NCBI GenBank assembly: GCA_951406725.2 | Contig: OX597832.1 | Location: 56,482,001 to 56,546,000 of the forward strand | Source of the DNA: Octopus vulgaris | Taxonomy: Eukaryota | DNA length: 64,000 nt | Reading direction: 5' to 3' | In this document: one piece after another, positions 1-12,829 of the stretch | How the letters are laid out: each line of letters starts with the position of its first letter | Numbering within the stretch: position 1 is the first letter of the stretch | Notes under the pieces: generated by a model | What the model was told of the DNA's origin: nothing | Database searches by the model: none | The model's input: the letters and a program-made list of their open reading frames with translations, nothing else | Position numbers and translations under genes: made by a program

Positions 1-200
1 AGGTCTGAGTATAAACCTTGCCAGAACATTTCGGCATTGGTACTGCATTGATGGTTCCGCTCTAACATTACCATTCTTGTCAAATAATTTTCATCTCTAA
101 TTAGTATATTTTTTGATGATAGATTTTTGTTTATTTTTTAAGTACCTTTCCTATTTTTACTATATTTTATTTTATTTTCTTTGTCTTTTTTTTATTCCAG

Positions 201-341
201 CTTTGATCACCATCTTCTATGTAATATTCTATGGATTTCTTGCTGGTTTCTTTACTGCCACGATTGCTGTCTTTTATACTACAGTAGATGCTCAATTTCC
301 AAAACTTCAAGGAAAATCTAGTCTTCTTAAGGGGAGTCCAG
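201..341 (+). CDS. ATP1B: Na+/K+-ATPase beta subunit, transmembrane exon (first coding exon visible; N-terminus upstream of window)
   Basis: Polypyrimidine tract plus ttccag acceptor at 200 and G|gtaagc donor at 342. Encodes (A)LITIFYVIFYGFLAGFFTATIAVFYTTVDAQFPKLQGKSSLLKGSP(G), including the FYxxFY transmembrane motif of X,K-ATPase beta subunits. Phase 1/1. Confidence 0.95.
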
Positions 342-605
342 GTAAGCTGTATAAATTTATTTATTCAGATAAGCACAATAACCAATGTTACTAACCTATG
401 TTAAATCTTTAACATTTGAATTAGTCATATCTAACCAAAATTTTCTGTTTTGTGTTCAAACTGGCCAGATCTGGCCTCTCAGACCAACCCTACAATATTA
501 TTCTAAAGATTAACAGTTACCTCATCAAAATCTCAAAGCTACAAAATAATACATGATTCATTCAAAACGATGTGAATAAATAAGCATTAATTTTAATAGA
601 ATAAT

Positions 606-766
606 GGTTTACGATCTTCAAATGTTGAGAAAAGAATGGGCAAGATGTTGACCTCAAAGTTTTGGTTACTACCACATTATAGAATAAAGGTTTACGATCT
701 TCAAATGTTGAGAAAAGAATGGGCAAGATGTTGACCTCAAAGTTTCGGTTACTACCACATTATAGA
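606..766. repeat. Direct tandem duplication of ~80 bp
   Basis: ggtttacgatcttcaaatgttgag...actaccacattataga occurs at about 606-683 and 689-766, with one mismatch. Confidence 0.9.
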
Positions 767-767
767 T

Positions 768-968
768 CAGTGCTTTTCAAACTTTTTGCTGGAGTGGAAC
801 CCCAAGGAAACATTCCACTGGCTCGAGGAACCCCTGTGCTATAATTTAATAGTCTTATGCACAAATATCTGCACAGGAGAATTAAAAATTACTGCCAATT
901 TTAGCTGTTTTGTAACTTCTTGCGGAACCCCTGGACTGTACTGGTGGAACCCTGGTTGAAAACCACTG
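768..968. mobile_element. hAT-type MITE
   Basis: CAGTG...CACTG termini with imperfect TIRs. 8-bp TSD ttatagat/ttattgat. Confidence 0.75.
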
Positions 969-1352
969 TTATTGATATACACACTCTGGGCTGACCAGGC
1001 ACGAAACAATGCCAGCCATGTGTTGGTAAACTTCAAGGGAGGTCCTAATGAAGCTGTTACGGAAATGCAAAAATAGGAAGTTACCAAAGAAACTGAAAAT
1101 CTTCCACTAAAAAAACAAATTGAAGTAGCATGTTGACTAAACACCATAACTCTTGACTAAAAGAAAATAAACCCTTTATTTTCTTTTTTTTTTTGTTGCT
1201 TTTTTTTTCATATGAAGCATGAGATTAGAATTTTTAATCAGATGTGTTTTCAAATATGGCTCATAATTGAACTAAATGAACTTTGTTTTTTTTGTGCACT
1301 TATATTGATAAATATCTATTTCCAAGCAAGAAAGAAGTAGAAAAAAAAAACA

Positions 1353-1735
1353 GTAAGTAGCTTGCTAATCAACCACATGGTTCCGTGTTCAGTCCCACTG
1401 CGTGGCATCTTGGGCAAGTGTCTTCTGCTTTAGCCCCGGGCCGACCAATGCCTTGTGAGTGGATTTGGTAGACGGAAACTGAAAGAAGCCTGTCGTATAT
1501 ATGTATATATATATATGTATGTGTTTGTGTGTCTGTGTTTGTCCCCCTAGCATTGCTTGACAACTGATGCTGGTGTGTTTACGTCCCCGTCACTTAGCGG
1601 TTCGGCAAAAGAGACTGATAGAATAAGTACTGGGCTTACAAAGAATAAGTCCCGGGGTCGATTTGCTCGACTAAAGGAGGTGCTCCAGCATGGCCGCAGT
1701 CAAATGACTGAAACAAGTAAAAGAGCAAAGAGAGT
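1353..1735 (+). mobile_element. tRNA-derived SINE family A (CORE-like segment, internal TA/TG microsatellite)
   Basis: tRNA-like head, gtggca(c/t)cttgggcaagt segment and tail ...gactgaaacaagtaaaagag. More than 15 similar copies occur in the window. Confidence 0.85.
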
Positions 1736-2149
1736 AACAAGCAGTCTGAACTTGTTCTATAAAAATTATAATCAGCTTATTGGAAAACAGTTTTTCGAAT
1801 TAACAGTATTGAACAGGGAAATCAATATGCCAATAGTGTAAGTGAGGCTTTACTTGTTCAATTTATTAATCTCATAAGGCTGTCAATATTAGATCTGTGA
1901 ATTTGACACCAAAATCTTGGTTGGTGATCATGTATAAGTAAATAACAATGTGTATGTGTGTGCTTTTGACCTGTCAATAAATGTGAAAAATTACTGAAGC
2001 ATTGTAGATGCCGACGACCGCTTTGTTCAAAGCCTCCCTGGACCTCAAGTGGCCTGAACTCTTTACATGAACACCACCCTGTACTTAACTCCATGTCCCC
2101 CTACATGGCCTTCTATTTGCTTTTGAGCCAAATTAACTAACTAACTAAG

Positions 2150-2790
2150 CTGGATCCAGAGGGCTGTAACATGGATTGCCAGCCAGTATAACGACAAATG
2201 AACCTCTAAGTTTTGCTGAAAAAGTTTACATATTTGGGAAGTACAATTTCTGATAGCAGCAGTTTGGATGTGGAGGAGGTGAACTGTAATTCCTTTTGGG
2301 AAATTTATTGATTGAATATGGAAAAAACATGACTCAAAAAATTTCAGCAAAATGCCAAGTTTACCCAACAGCAGTACTAACCTCTCCATTGTATTACTCT
2401 GTGATCAACAAACTGTATTATTGGCGTATGAAATAGCTGATGAGCTGTTTGTTATACTAGCTATGATCTATATTGAACATTTCCTGGTGAGACTATCTCC
2501 AACCAGGATGCCCTGCAGTGCCTGTGGAAATATGGTTACTGTTGAGTCTTTATTCATAGAGTCACAGTTGTGTTGGCTGGGGACAAGATTTGTATGGAAG
2601 GCACTAATGATCCCCCAAGGCTGTGTTTTACAATGAACATATGGAAACTAATAAAGGTATCTGAAACCTCCATTATCAGGACGTTGTCAAAGGACAGCTC
2701 AGTGTAGAAACTGACTTCATTGCCATTGTACGGGAGATGACAGTGACTGATAGAAAATGATAGTGGGGACTATAAAGAAAGAGGTAGATG
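2150..2790 (+). mobile_element. Degenerate RTE-clade LINE fragment (post-RT region)
   Basis: Broken frames encode KFTYLGSTISDSSSLDVE, VESLFIESQLCWLG and similar motifs typical of the RTE ORF2 C-terminal half. Confidence 0.7.
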
Positions 2791-5154
2791 TTACAAAGTC
2801 AGATCAGATGAAACAACAGGAAGAAAAGGAAAAAGAGGAAAGTTTAGAATGAGATTCACTGCACCAAGACTACTGACAGTATTCTGGAATATCTGGAGCC
2901 AAAACTGAGCCAGTACTTTTGGTCTACAATTCCACAGAAGAGGTCCATCTTAGACCAAAACATGTATATGCAATGTTGGAGTTTTGTCTTTTTGTTTTCT
3001 TCATTACTACCAAATAAACCACTAGCCCTTTACCATTTAAACAGGCCATATCTGGCTTCTCTTACCTACCCTGTAATGCCATTCTAAAAAAAAAAATTCT
3101 ATTACGTTATTGAAATCTCAAAGCTACAAGATCATGCATGATCAATCCAAAACAATGGATAATTAAGCATTTCATTTGATAGAGGAGTCTGAATACTTAG
3201 GCATTAATTATGGTGATTCTATAATTGAATTTTCATTATTGTTGCTATCGTGGCTGCACGACGGCCACGTGCACGCACTTGGCTGAAAACTTCTCCACTG
3301 CAGCTCAAGAATTGAGATGTGCAGTCTTGATGAGGCTGGTTACAGCAAGCTGCCAAAGTCTATCCGCCTTTGTCATGCCTGCCCACCAGGCCATTGCCCT
3401 CGTCCACCAGAGTCAATCCTTGGGGGTTTGAGATAGCCCTCCTCCGCTTACTCTACCTTTGGGGTCTTAATGTTGGTGTTTGGTCGTGTTTAGTCTGGGA
3501 CTTAATCGTCGACCTTGCTGCCCTAGGTGGCCCTACCAGGAGCCTAAGACTCCAGATGGTATCACTTTCGGAATCATTGGAACACACAAGCTCTTCCACT
3601 ATGACATAATGAAGAATTTAGCAAACTAACATTCTCATTATTAATCTGGTGTTTGGAGCATAAAATAACATGAAATTTTGATATAAGATTTTAATTTAGA
3701 TCACTTTAACCCTTTTGTTACTCTCTTTTACTTGTTTCAGTCATTTGACTGCGGCCATGCTGGAGCACCGCCTTTACTGTTACCTCATTTCTTTCGAAAT
3801 ACATTGTCTTTATTTCAATTAAATTTTGAAATAACAAAGAATTTAGCTGACAAACTTTCTTATTATTTATTTGGAGTTTGGAGCATAAAAGAAATAAATT
3901 AGCTTAAACTTTTGATGAAAGATATTTTAGTTCACTTTAAACAAAATGCCTGCATCATAGAACCAGGAGAGGTGGTCTTGAATGGGTTGGTAGCCAAAGC
4001 ATTTAGCATCAATCATATGTTACTCTTTCTCATTACCTGAGATTTTCTTTTTTTTGTGCTGATTGTATTTCTTTATTTTAAATTCATTTTACTAACTGAG
4101 AATTAACGAAACAGTAATTAGCGTAGTAGTCTTTACCAAGTCAGAGAAGATTTGGTTTAGGTTGTTTGAAGCAGGCTGATAAAAATAGTCCTATATGTTT
4201 AAAAGCTAGCTGAACAAGCTCAATGGTTACTAATAATACCAAAAGCTATTGTATTTCAAGCAAGTCCTTTGTCAGTCTCTATTGATGACACCTGCTGCTA
4301 CTACTACTTCCTTATATTTATGTTGTTTTATTAGACCAATTTATATATCTTTGCTCAATTATTGATTTTTTTTTTTTTTTTTTTTGGCTGCTGTGTGATT
4401 CTCAAAATGATTGCAGGCTATTTATATCTTGTTTTTTTTTTTTGTTTGTTTTTTTATCTGATGGCTGGTCATTCAGTAATGGCCACAGAAATTGTTTCTG
4501 CAATACCTAACAGATTACCTCTAGACTGGTTTGATGGAACCTCATAGATAACACATGATACTTTACAGATTTAAGGATTACATTATTAATTATCAATTTT
4601 GTTAGTGTGAAGCAGACAATTATGTATTGATTACCAGCTAAAACTGGGGGGTTTTTTTAACATTTAAAATTTTTTATTTACAATTCCATTATTATGCAAA
4701 AATATTATTGTCATTGAATAAAATTATTTCAGCCCAGAAATTATTAAATTGCCAATTTAAATTTTAGAATGTATCTTCGTTATGAGATCCAGTTGTGGTC
4801 AGACTTTCAATATTTCCTTCTAGAAAATGTCTTTCTATTTATGAAGGTTTTAATCTGATTAAAAGGCTTAGTTAAATCCTTCTTTTATTTAGATGAATAT
4901 TTTATTTGATAAACCAAGTTAATCTCATAAGATTATCTACTATCCAACCCAAGCCATAATCTCTCAAAATCTGTCTGCACCACTACCTCTTAATTCTGAT
5001 TGTTTTATGATCAGGAAAAAAGAAACTTTCAATATTATATTATTATTCTGCATGTTCTTGCGGTCTTGCTTGTTTCACCTGTGTGTTATACTTATGTCAA
5101 GGGAGGTTATAACTGAAAGGTAGATTATATATATATATATATATATTATAGATG

Positions 5155-5532
5155 CAGGCATGGCTGTGTGGTAAAAAGCTTGCTTTCCAACCCACATGGT
5201 TCTTGGTTCAGTCCCACTGCGTGGCACCTTGGGCAAGTGTCTTTTATTATAACCTTGGGTTGACCAAAGCTTTGTGAGTGGATTTGGTTGGCAGAAACTG
5301 AAAGAATCCTGTTGTGTGTCTCTTTGTGTGTCTGTGTTTGTCCCACACACACACACCGTTGCTTGACAACAAATGTAGGCGTGTTTACGTCCCCATAACT
5401 TAGTGGTTCGGCAAAAAGAGACTGATAGAATAAGTACTAGGCTTACAAAGAAAAAGTTCTGGGTTCATTTTGTTCAACTGAAGGCGGTGCTCCAGCATGG
5501 CCACAGTTAAGTGACTGAAGCAAGTAAAAGAG
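5155..5532 (+). mobile_element. SINE family A copy
   Basis: Same head, body and tail as 1353-1735. Confidence 0.85.
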
Positions 5533-5644
<112 letters not shown>

Positions 5645-5929
5645 CAAACGAAATGGGAATAATTGAATCAGTGAACATATAGAAAGGGAAAACATGAGAG
5701 ATAGAGAGAGAGGTGGTCTATATTATTAGAAAGAGAGAGAGAGGGAGGTGGTCTATATTATTAGAAAGGGAGAGAGAGAGAGAGATCTATGTTATTAGAG
5801 AGAGTGAAGAGGAGGGAGAAGGTCTATTATTCTGCACTTGTGTGTTAAAATTGCAGGCACAATCAAAATGTTTAATATAATGAAACAAAATTAATCGAAA
5901 CAGAAGCAGTGTATTCCAACAGAAATATT

Positions 5930-6437
5930 ATCATCATCATTTAACGTCCACTTTTCCATGCTGGTTGGACGGTTTGACCGAGGACTGGTGAGCCAGAAGG
6001 CTGTATCAGGCTTAATCTGATCTGGCAAAGAGTTTCTACAGCTGGATGCCCTTCCAAATGCCGCCCACTCTGAGAGTGTAGTGGGTGCTTCTATGTACCA
6101 CCGGCACAAGGACCAGTCAGGTGGTTCTGGCAACAACCATGCTCAAAAGGTGTTTTTTACATGCTACCTGCACAGGAGCCTGTCTGGTGGCACTGGCAAT
6201 AAACATGCTCGAATGCCGTTTTTCACATGCCACCAGCACATGTGTCGGTAAGGCGCTGCTGGCAACGAACACGCTCGAACAGTGCTTTTTACATGCCACC
6301 AGCACGGGAGCCAATCCGTGGCCCTGGCAACGATCAAGCTTGGATGTGCTTTTAATGTTCCACTGGCACAAGTGCCAATCAGGTGATACTGTCATCGGCC
6401 ACGTCAGCGATTTTGATTTGATTTCACTTGCCTCAGC
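5930..6437 (-). mobile_element. 3' end of RTE LINE with (GAT)n tail
   Basis: Reverse-complement match to 62030-62520, the 3'UTR of the RTE at 61403. Tail reads catcatcatttaacgtcc on +. Confidence 0.75.
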
Positions 6438-7250
6438 AGAAATATTAAAGCTGGTGGAAAATATCTAAGAAAGCATAAAAGAATCATTGCAGTTGTTTAT
6501 GGAATTTAAGTGATTGTTACCATAAATTTTAATAGATCACTGTTCACCCACATTTTACTGTGTTTGACCTTTTAGCTTTAGCATTAGAACAGGCCATATC
6601 TGGCTTTATTTTCTACCTTTGTTTTTTTTGTATGTTCAAATTGGCCAGGTCTGGTCTCTCATCTCTCTCCTGCAGCATCATAGTAAAAACAAACAATCGC
6701 ATCATCAAAATCTCAAAGCTACAAGATAATACATGATTAATTCGAAACAATGAATAAATAAGCATTACATTTGACTGAGTAATTTGAATGCTAAATGGAG
6801 AATTTGACTAGCTTCAGATTGTACTGAAAGAGCTCAGAGATGCTGTCAATTGTTAGTGTTTTCAATAAACCTTATAATCTAGTGATTCTCAACATACCAC
6901 CACAAAGACACACACACACATAATGGGCTTCTTTCAGTTTCTGTCTACCAAATCCACTCGCAAGGCTTTGGTCAGCCTGAGGCTATAGTAGAAGACATTT
7001 GCCTTAGGTGCTATGTGGTGGGACTGAACTCAGAACAATGTGGTTGGGAAGCAAGCTTCTTACCCCACAGCCACTCCTACACCTATGTGCAATGACCTTT
7101 GTAAACAAAAGGCTTAATCAAACAGCATCATTCATGTCCAGTGGCCCATGTAACCATATCTGGTGTGTTTGTTGTTTGATAGGCTAACAGATTGTTGAAG
7201 ATGTGGAGGGATAATTTTGAGGCTCTTTAAGAGTTGAATTGGCTTTCAGT

Positions 7251-8150
7251 TTAACTTTCATCTTAAGCACCAAACCTGCCTTTTTTCACCACAGAGCTAA
7301 CTGGGAGCTCAGCCAAAGAAGAAGCCTCTATGTGGTAGCTGAACATGCTAAAAACAACAGCTAAATCTCTCTCAAATCACACTCAACTGTCTTTAAATAG
7401 GAAAACAAAATAATGTAGTCCTAGAAATACTGAGCCATTGATGGGATGGCCATGGTTGGGACAGCTTTCATGATATACTGACTCAGAGGTGATAAGGAGC
7501 TAAACAATGATAACATAACTAGTACTTCAAAACGCTTAGCTGCATTTCCTTTATCTTCAAGTTCTGAGTTCAAATTCTGCTGAGGTTGACTTTGCCTTCC
7601 ATCTTTTCCAGGTTGATAAACTGGGCATCAATATGATTGACTAGGCCCCTCCCCACAAATTCCAGGCCTTGTGCCTAGAGTAGAAAGAATTATTAATAAA
7701 ATGAGTTAAGGCTGTGAGCTGGCAGAATCTTTGCTGCACTAGGCAAACTGCTTAGCAGCACTTTGTCCATCTTGATGTTTTGAGTTCAAATTCTGCCAAG
7801 GTTGACTTTGCCTTTCATTTTTTGGGGTCGATTTAGACTTATCCCCTTCCCCAAAGTTGCTGAAATCATTATTAATAAAATAAGTACTAGTTATGTTAAT
7901 GTTGTTTAGCTTCTTACCACCTCTGAGTCAGTGTATCATGAAAGCTGTCCCAACCATGGCCATCCCATCTGTGGTTCATTATTTCTAGGACTACATTATT
8001 TTTTCCTATTTAAAGATAGTTGAGTGTGATTTGAGAGAGATTAAGCTGTTGTTTTTAGCATGTTCAGCTACCACAGCTTCTTCTTTGGCTGAGCTCCCAG
8101 TTAGCTCTGTAGTGAAAAAAGGCAGGTTTGGTGCTTAAGATGAAAGTTAA
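7251..8150. repeat. Long inverted duplication (arms ~7251-7527 and ~7882-8150)
   Basis: ttaactttcatcttaagcaccaaacctgcc...taactagtactt is the reverse complement of aagtactagtta...ggcaggtttggtgcttaagatgaaagttaa, with scattered mismatches. Confidence 0.9.
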
Positions 8151-8628
8151 TGGTAACAAAATAAACCTCCACTTTCTAACCTTTCATCATCCACCTTCTC
8201 AAATATTCTTCGTCTTACAAATTACCTGGTGACCCTACCAGTGAAGTGGTTGGCATTTGGAAGGGCATCTCAGTGTAAAACCCATGCCAAAACTGACATC
8301 AACTGTGCTGGCACCACATAAAAGGCATTCAGTCCACTCTGCGGGGTAGTTGGTGTCAGGAAGGGCATCAAGCCATAAAAACTATACCAAAATAGACGCA
8401 GAAGCCTTATGTAGTCTTCTACCAGGCCAGCTCCTGTCAAACTGTCCAATCCTTGCCGGCATGGAAGGCGGAAGTTAAATGATGATAATGACTACATCTC
8501 AAATTAATTCTTGGTTTTTATTTTCCATCTCTCATCTTCCCTTTCCATAGAAGTGTGTATGCTTAAAATGGTAAAAACTCCTACCAATTTTCCTGAGGCA
8601 TCAACCTAATACACTTTGTTTGTCTTTT

Positions 8629-8998
8629 TGGCTGTGTGATAAGTAGCTTGCTTACCAACCACATGGTTCCAGGTTCAGTCCCACTGTGTGGCACCTTGGG
8701 CATGTGCCTTCTACTATAGCCTCGGACCGACCAAAGCCTTGCGAATAGATTTGGTAGATGGAAACTGAAAGAAGCCTGTCGTATATATGTATATATATGT
8801 GTTTGTCCCCCAACTCACTTGACAACCGATGGTGGTGTGCTTATGTCCCCGTAACTTAGCAGTTTAGCAAAAGAGACCGATAGAATAAGTACTAGGCTTA
8901 CAAAGAATAAGTCCTAGGGTCGATTTGCTCAACTGAAGGCGGTGCTCCTGCATGGCCGCAGTCAAATGACTGAAACAAGTAAAAGAGTAAAAAAGAGT
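8629..8998 (+). mobile_element. SINE family A copy
   Basis: Full head-to-tail match to the other copies. Confidence 0.85.
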
Positions 8999-9473
8999 CC
9001 TCAACTTTTAAAAAAATGTTCATGTCATGTGTATATTCATACACACACACACACACACACACTACACTACACTAGTGATTGGCATTAAGGAAGGGTATCT
9101 CACCATAGAAACAATGTCAGATCAGACTGGAACTTGGTGCAGTTTACCAGTTTCAGTCTAACTGTCTATCCCTTGCCAGCATGGAAACCAGGTGCTAAAT
9201 GATGATGAGGATGATGGCAATGACAACACACACTTATACTGGCAGGATTGCCATAACTGGAAAGCCTTTTCTTCATGAGTTCATTGTGGTTAAACAACAA
9301 CTATTATTTTACTTATTCTTAACTTCTATTGAAATATTTTGATTCTGTAACTCACAACTAACTTTGATTTTATTCAACAAAATATCAGAAATAAAGGTAT
9401 AATTCTGATCACCAATGTTCGAATCTCTATTAAAAAATTTCTTTTTAAATTTTGTTCTCTTTTTACTCTTTAG

Positions 9474-9581
9474 GTTTGGGATATCGACCAAGACCTAACT
9501 ATGAATCAACCCTCATCCGATTTACTAAAGGGGATGAAAGCATGAAACCATATGTTGAGAACATTAAGGATTTTCTTCAGC
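9474..9581 (+). CDS. ATP1B: Na+/K+-ATPase beta subunit exon
   Basis: ctctttag acceptor and C|gtaagt donor. Encodes GLGYRPRPNYESTLIRFTKGDESMKPYVENIKDFLQ, completing the PGLGxRP motif. Phase matches the previous exon. Confidence 0.95.
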
Positions 9582-9755
9582 GTAAGTAGCCAAGTTCCAA
9601 CAGAGACCCATATTTTTTCAGTGCCTATTTCTCATTTTTAGTTTGAGTAACATTACTACTGAGGCTTTGTTAATTGTGACCAACTTTAGTTGGCTAAGAA
9701 AAAGAAACTAGAAGAAATATAGTAACTTGTCCTAACATATATTGTCAAAGATATA

Positions 9756-10311
9756 TTGGGTTGTCTGGAAAGTTCGTGCCGATTTTTAAAGGAAAGAAAA
9801 AGGTCAATAAATACTTGCCATTACATTTTTAATCAACCAAATATGAACCATTTTGTTGTACAATGCATCTCCTTTAACTTGAAAATACCCTCTTCCCAGA
9901 ATTGAGGTTTTCATGGCAAAGAATTCATCAAGGTATCTTTTTACATCATCCAAGCAATTGAAATTTTTACCATTAAGACTATTCTGCAGAGACCTGAATA
10001 AGTGGAAATCTGACAGAGCAATATTTGGTGAATATGGAGGGTGGGGTAACACATCCCAGCCGAGCTGCAGCAATTTTTGTCTGGTACCCAAAGCATCAAG
10101 TGCTGAAAATGAACTTTCTTATCTTCCATTTTAAAGCGTTACAAAATTAACATAGATTATAGGAACATAAATCTTCTCCCATGAAAAGATAGCTTAAACT
10201 GTGCTCTAAATGGAACTGTAGTCAAATCCTATTTTATGGACTCAACTATGTTCGAAAATAAGTCAAAAGGTAAGCTACAATAAATCGGCATGAACTTTCC
10301 GGACAACCCAA
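9756..10311 (-). mobile_element. Internally deleted mariner transposon
   Basis: ~28-bp TIRs ttgggttgtctggaaagttcgtgccgattt / aaatcggcatgaactttccggacaacccaa with TA TSD. Minus strand encodes MEDKKVHF fused to QKLLQLGWDVLPHPPYSPNIALSDFHLF, a decayed YSPDLAPSD motif. Confidence 0.92.
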
Positions 10312-10829
10312 TAGTTTGGTAGATGTTATATTTGAATGTCAACTGTGTTATAGATGCTTAAAGAACATTTAGCTACTCACAGGGGTAGTGTTCTTAGACT
10401 TAGCTATTTTTCTACAATTTTTGTTTTAAAAGAAAATGAAAACAAGTTTGAATGCAAGAGATTATCATGGAATAATGTAGAATACAGAATTGAAGATTCA
10501 GAGTTAAAAAAGAGATTTAAAAGATTTCAACATGGAATATAAATTTAGAAAATATAATGAATAAATTAAAAAGAAAGATAATGAAATATATAAATATTTA
10601 AGACATTTTGGAAGAAAGGCACTAGTTCTGCTTCCCTGACTAACTGTTAAAAAAAGACCCCAATAATCTATACTGTATTCATTCTTCATCATTACCATTT
10701 TTTTCTTTACATAAATTGGATGGGTCTTTATTATCGGTGCTCATTGTTTTATTGCCGTTCTTTATCATTTTCTTTATTTAGTTCAACTTCTTGAAACTAG
10801 GTTTCACTACTTCTCTTCATGTCTTCCAT

Positions 10830-11430
10830 AGTCTTTTACCACAGGTTCTTTCCAAGTGGATGACTTGCCTCTTCTTTACTCAGCTGTCATCCTCTGTACA
10901 CATCACATGACCAAGCCAGAGCAGTTTTCACTCTTGTACATGCCACACATCTGATTGCTCTTATGCCCTACTTTTTCCTCTCAACTCATTCCTGCTCTGT
11001 CATTCACAAACCCTAACATTAAACGTCCAGCAAGCCATGTCTGTCATTTCTTTCCAACCATTGCATATCGTCCACTTTCTGTGTCCAAATTTTCTACTGT
11101 GAAGCATCACGGTTTGTACACAAACATCAACACAACTTGCCCTTCATTCAGGGAAAGAATCCCTTTGTTATCAGCAAAGGTTATAGCACCTTAGAGTTTT
11201 CCTACCCCATTCCTAACTCCGCTTTTAATTTATGGATGTTCTTAGTGCAAACCACTCCTGTGAATCTGGTTCACATGAAGTCTTCTCTATTAGCTTCTAC
11301 ATTCAAACTATGTCAAGCTGCCTGAGATTCCATTGTGCTTCTTGTGCATGCATAGCTTTCGTTTGGTACATGGTATAGAGTTCTTGGCCACCTTCATGAT
11401 GCCAATAGAATCCAGTCTTTTTTCCTGCAA
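10830..11430 (-). mobile_element. Degenerate RTE LINE fragment (further pieces probably at ~12400-13400)
   Basis: Similar to the 59600-60500 RTE region (WLGHV, ERELLWLGH-like remnants), with many stops. Confidence 0.55.
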
Positions 11431-11461
11431 ACTAAAATCTTTTTCTTTGCTACTTTTATTT

Positions 11462-11974
11462 TGTACATTATATATATTATTTACATTATTTACAGTTGAC
11501 AGATATTTGTCCTCATCTTTTTCATTGTTAACACGTTTCAGCTGATATACCCTCCAGCCTTCATCAGATGTCTTGTGGAAATTTCAAACCTGGGTTCTCA
11601 TTCCTAGGGTATTTTTCAATGTTTTTATTATTCAGGTCACTGAATTTGTCTTAACCACTATGCCATATGCCCATGGGCATATGGCGTAGTGGTTAAGAGC
11701 GTGGGCTACTAACCCCAAGATTCTGAGTTCGATTCCAGGCAGTGACCTGAATAATAATAATGATAATAATAATAATAATAATAACATTGAAAAATACCTT
11801 AGGAATGAGAACTCGGGTTCGAAATTTCCCCAAGGCACCTGAAGAAGGCTGGAGATTATATTAGCCGAAATGTTGTGTTAACAACAAACAAGATGACAAA
11901 TATCCGTCAATTGTAAATTATGTAAATAATATAAATAATGTACATAATTCCTCATCTCTTAAATATAGAACTGT
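11462..11974 (+). mobile_element. Fold-back element: tRNA-derived head + (AAT)n + hammerhead-bearing tail, with an inverted partial copy
   Basis: Palindrome axis at 11673-11674. Head 11675-11750 has A box TGGCGTAGTGG and B box GAGTTCGATTCC. The left arm 11462-11642 is the reverse complement of 11740-11945. Confidence 0.8.
11835..11878 (+). ncRNA. Minimal type-I hammerhead ribozyme motif (degenerate)
   Basis: GCAC-CTGAAGA-A-GGCTG...TAGCC-GAAA-TGTT-GTGT. The mirror copy on the minus strand at 11529-11572 has CTGATGA...GAAACGT. Confidence 0.65.
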
Positions 11975-12627
11975 ATTATTTATTTTGTAGTTTTTCAATT
12001 CTAAACTTTGTCCCCTCGTTTGAATCTTTCTAAATTCATTGGCAGGTTTTAGCTATGAAAACTAGGTTGTTGTTATAATGGAGGTCCCATTGACAACTGG
12101 TCTTAACCTCTTTTGTTATGGCCTGCAGGTATATAATAAACAGAAGGCACATAATGTGGTCGATGCCAGTGCCCCTTGACTGGCTCCTGTGCCAATAGCA
12201 TGTAAAAAGCACCCACTACACTCTCAGAGTGGTTGGCATTAGGAAGGACATGCAGCTGTAGAAGCATTGCTAGATCAGATTGGAGCCTGGTGCAGCCTCC
12301 TGGCTTGCCAGACCTCAGTCAAACCATCCAACCCATGCTAGCATGGAAAGCAGATGTTAAACGACGATGATGATGATGAGGGAGCAGAGACTAGAGCCCT
12401 GATAGAAGCCTACCTGTGCACTAAATTCCTTGCTGAACTGATTGCTAAGCTCTTACCTTGCTGATGGCATCTCTGAATATGGCCTGCACAGCGCTCTCAA
12501 GCTCTTCATTTAAATCTTGTTTTCTTAGTGATTACCTGACTACAGAACATGGTGCCCTGTCAAAGACCTTCTCCAAGTCAATGAATGCTAGATAGATACA
12601 ATTGCTTAAAACTTAGCTAAGTAATAT

Positions 12628-12829
12628 TCTTTTCTACTCTAGGCACAAGGCCCAAAATTTTGGGGGAGGGTCCACTCGATTATATCAACCCCAGTGCGTA
12701 ACTGGTACTTAATTTATCGACCCCGAAAGGATGAAAGGCAAAGTCGACCTCGGCGGAATTTGAACTCAGAACGTAACAGCAGACGAAATACGGCTACGTA
12801 TTTCGCCCGGCGTGCTAATGTTTCTGCCA
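12628..12829 (-). mobile_element. tRNA-derived SINE family B (Meta/Sauria-like central domain)
   Basis: Reverse complement contains gagttcaaattccgccgaggtcgactttgcctttcatcctttcggggtcgataaattaagtaccag. Many copies occur in the window. Confidence 0.75.

Noticed and set aside
113-394. 93-aa ORF as a stand-alone gene
   Set aside because: Only 201-341 is coding. The rest is intron read-through on either side of canonical splice sites.
2438-2444. CTGATGA heptamers at 2438, 26246 and 55592 as hammerheads
   Set aside because: No properly placed GAAA or pairing helices. They lie in RTE, host coding and mariner sequence respectively.
11675-11750. Functional tRNA gene (also the heads at 43180 and of SINE families A and B)
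   Set aside because: A and B boxes are present, but acceptor and T stems pair poorly, there is no T-run terminator, and the head continues into repeat body sequence.
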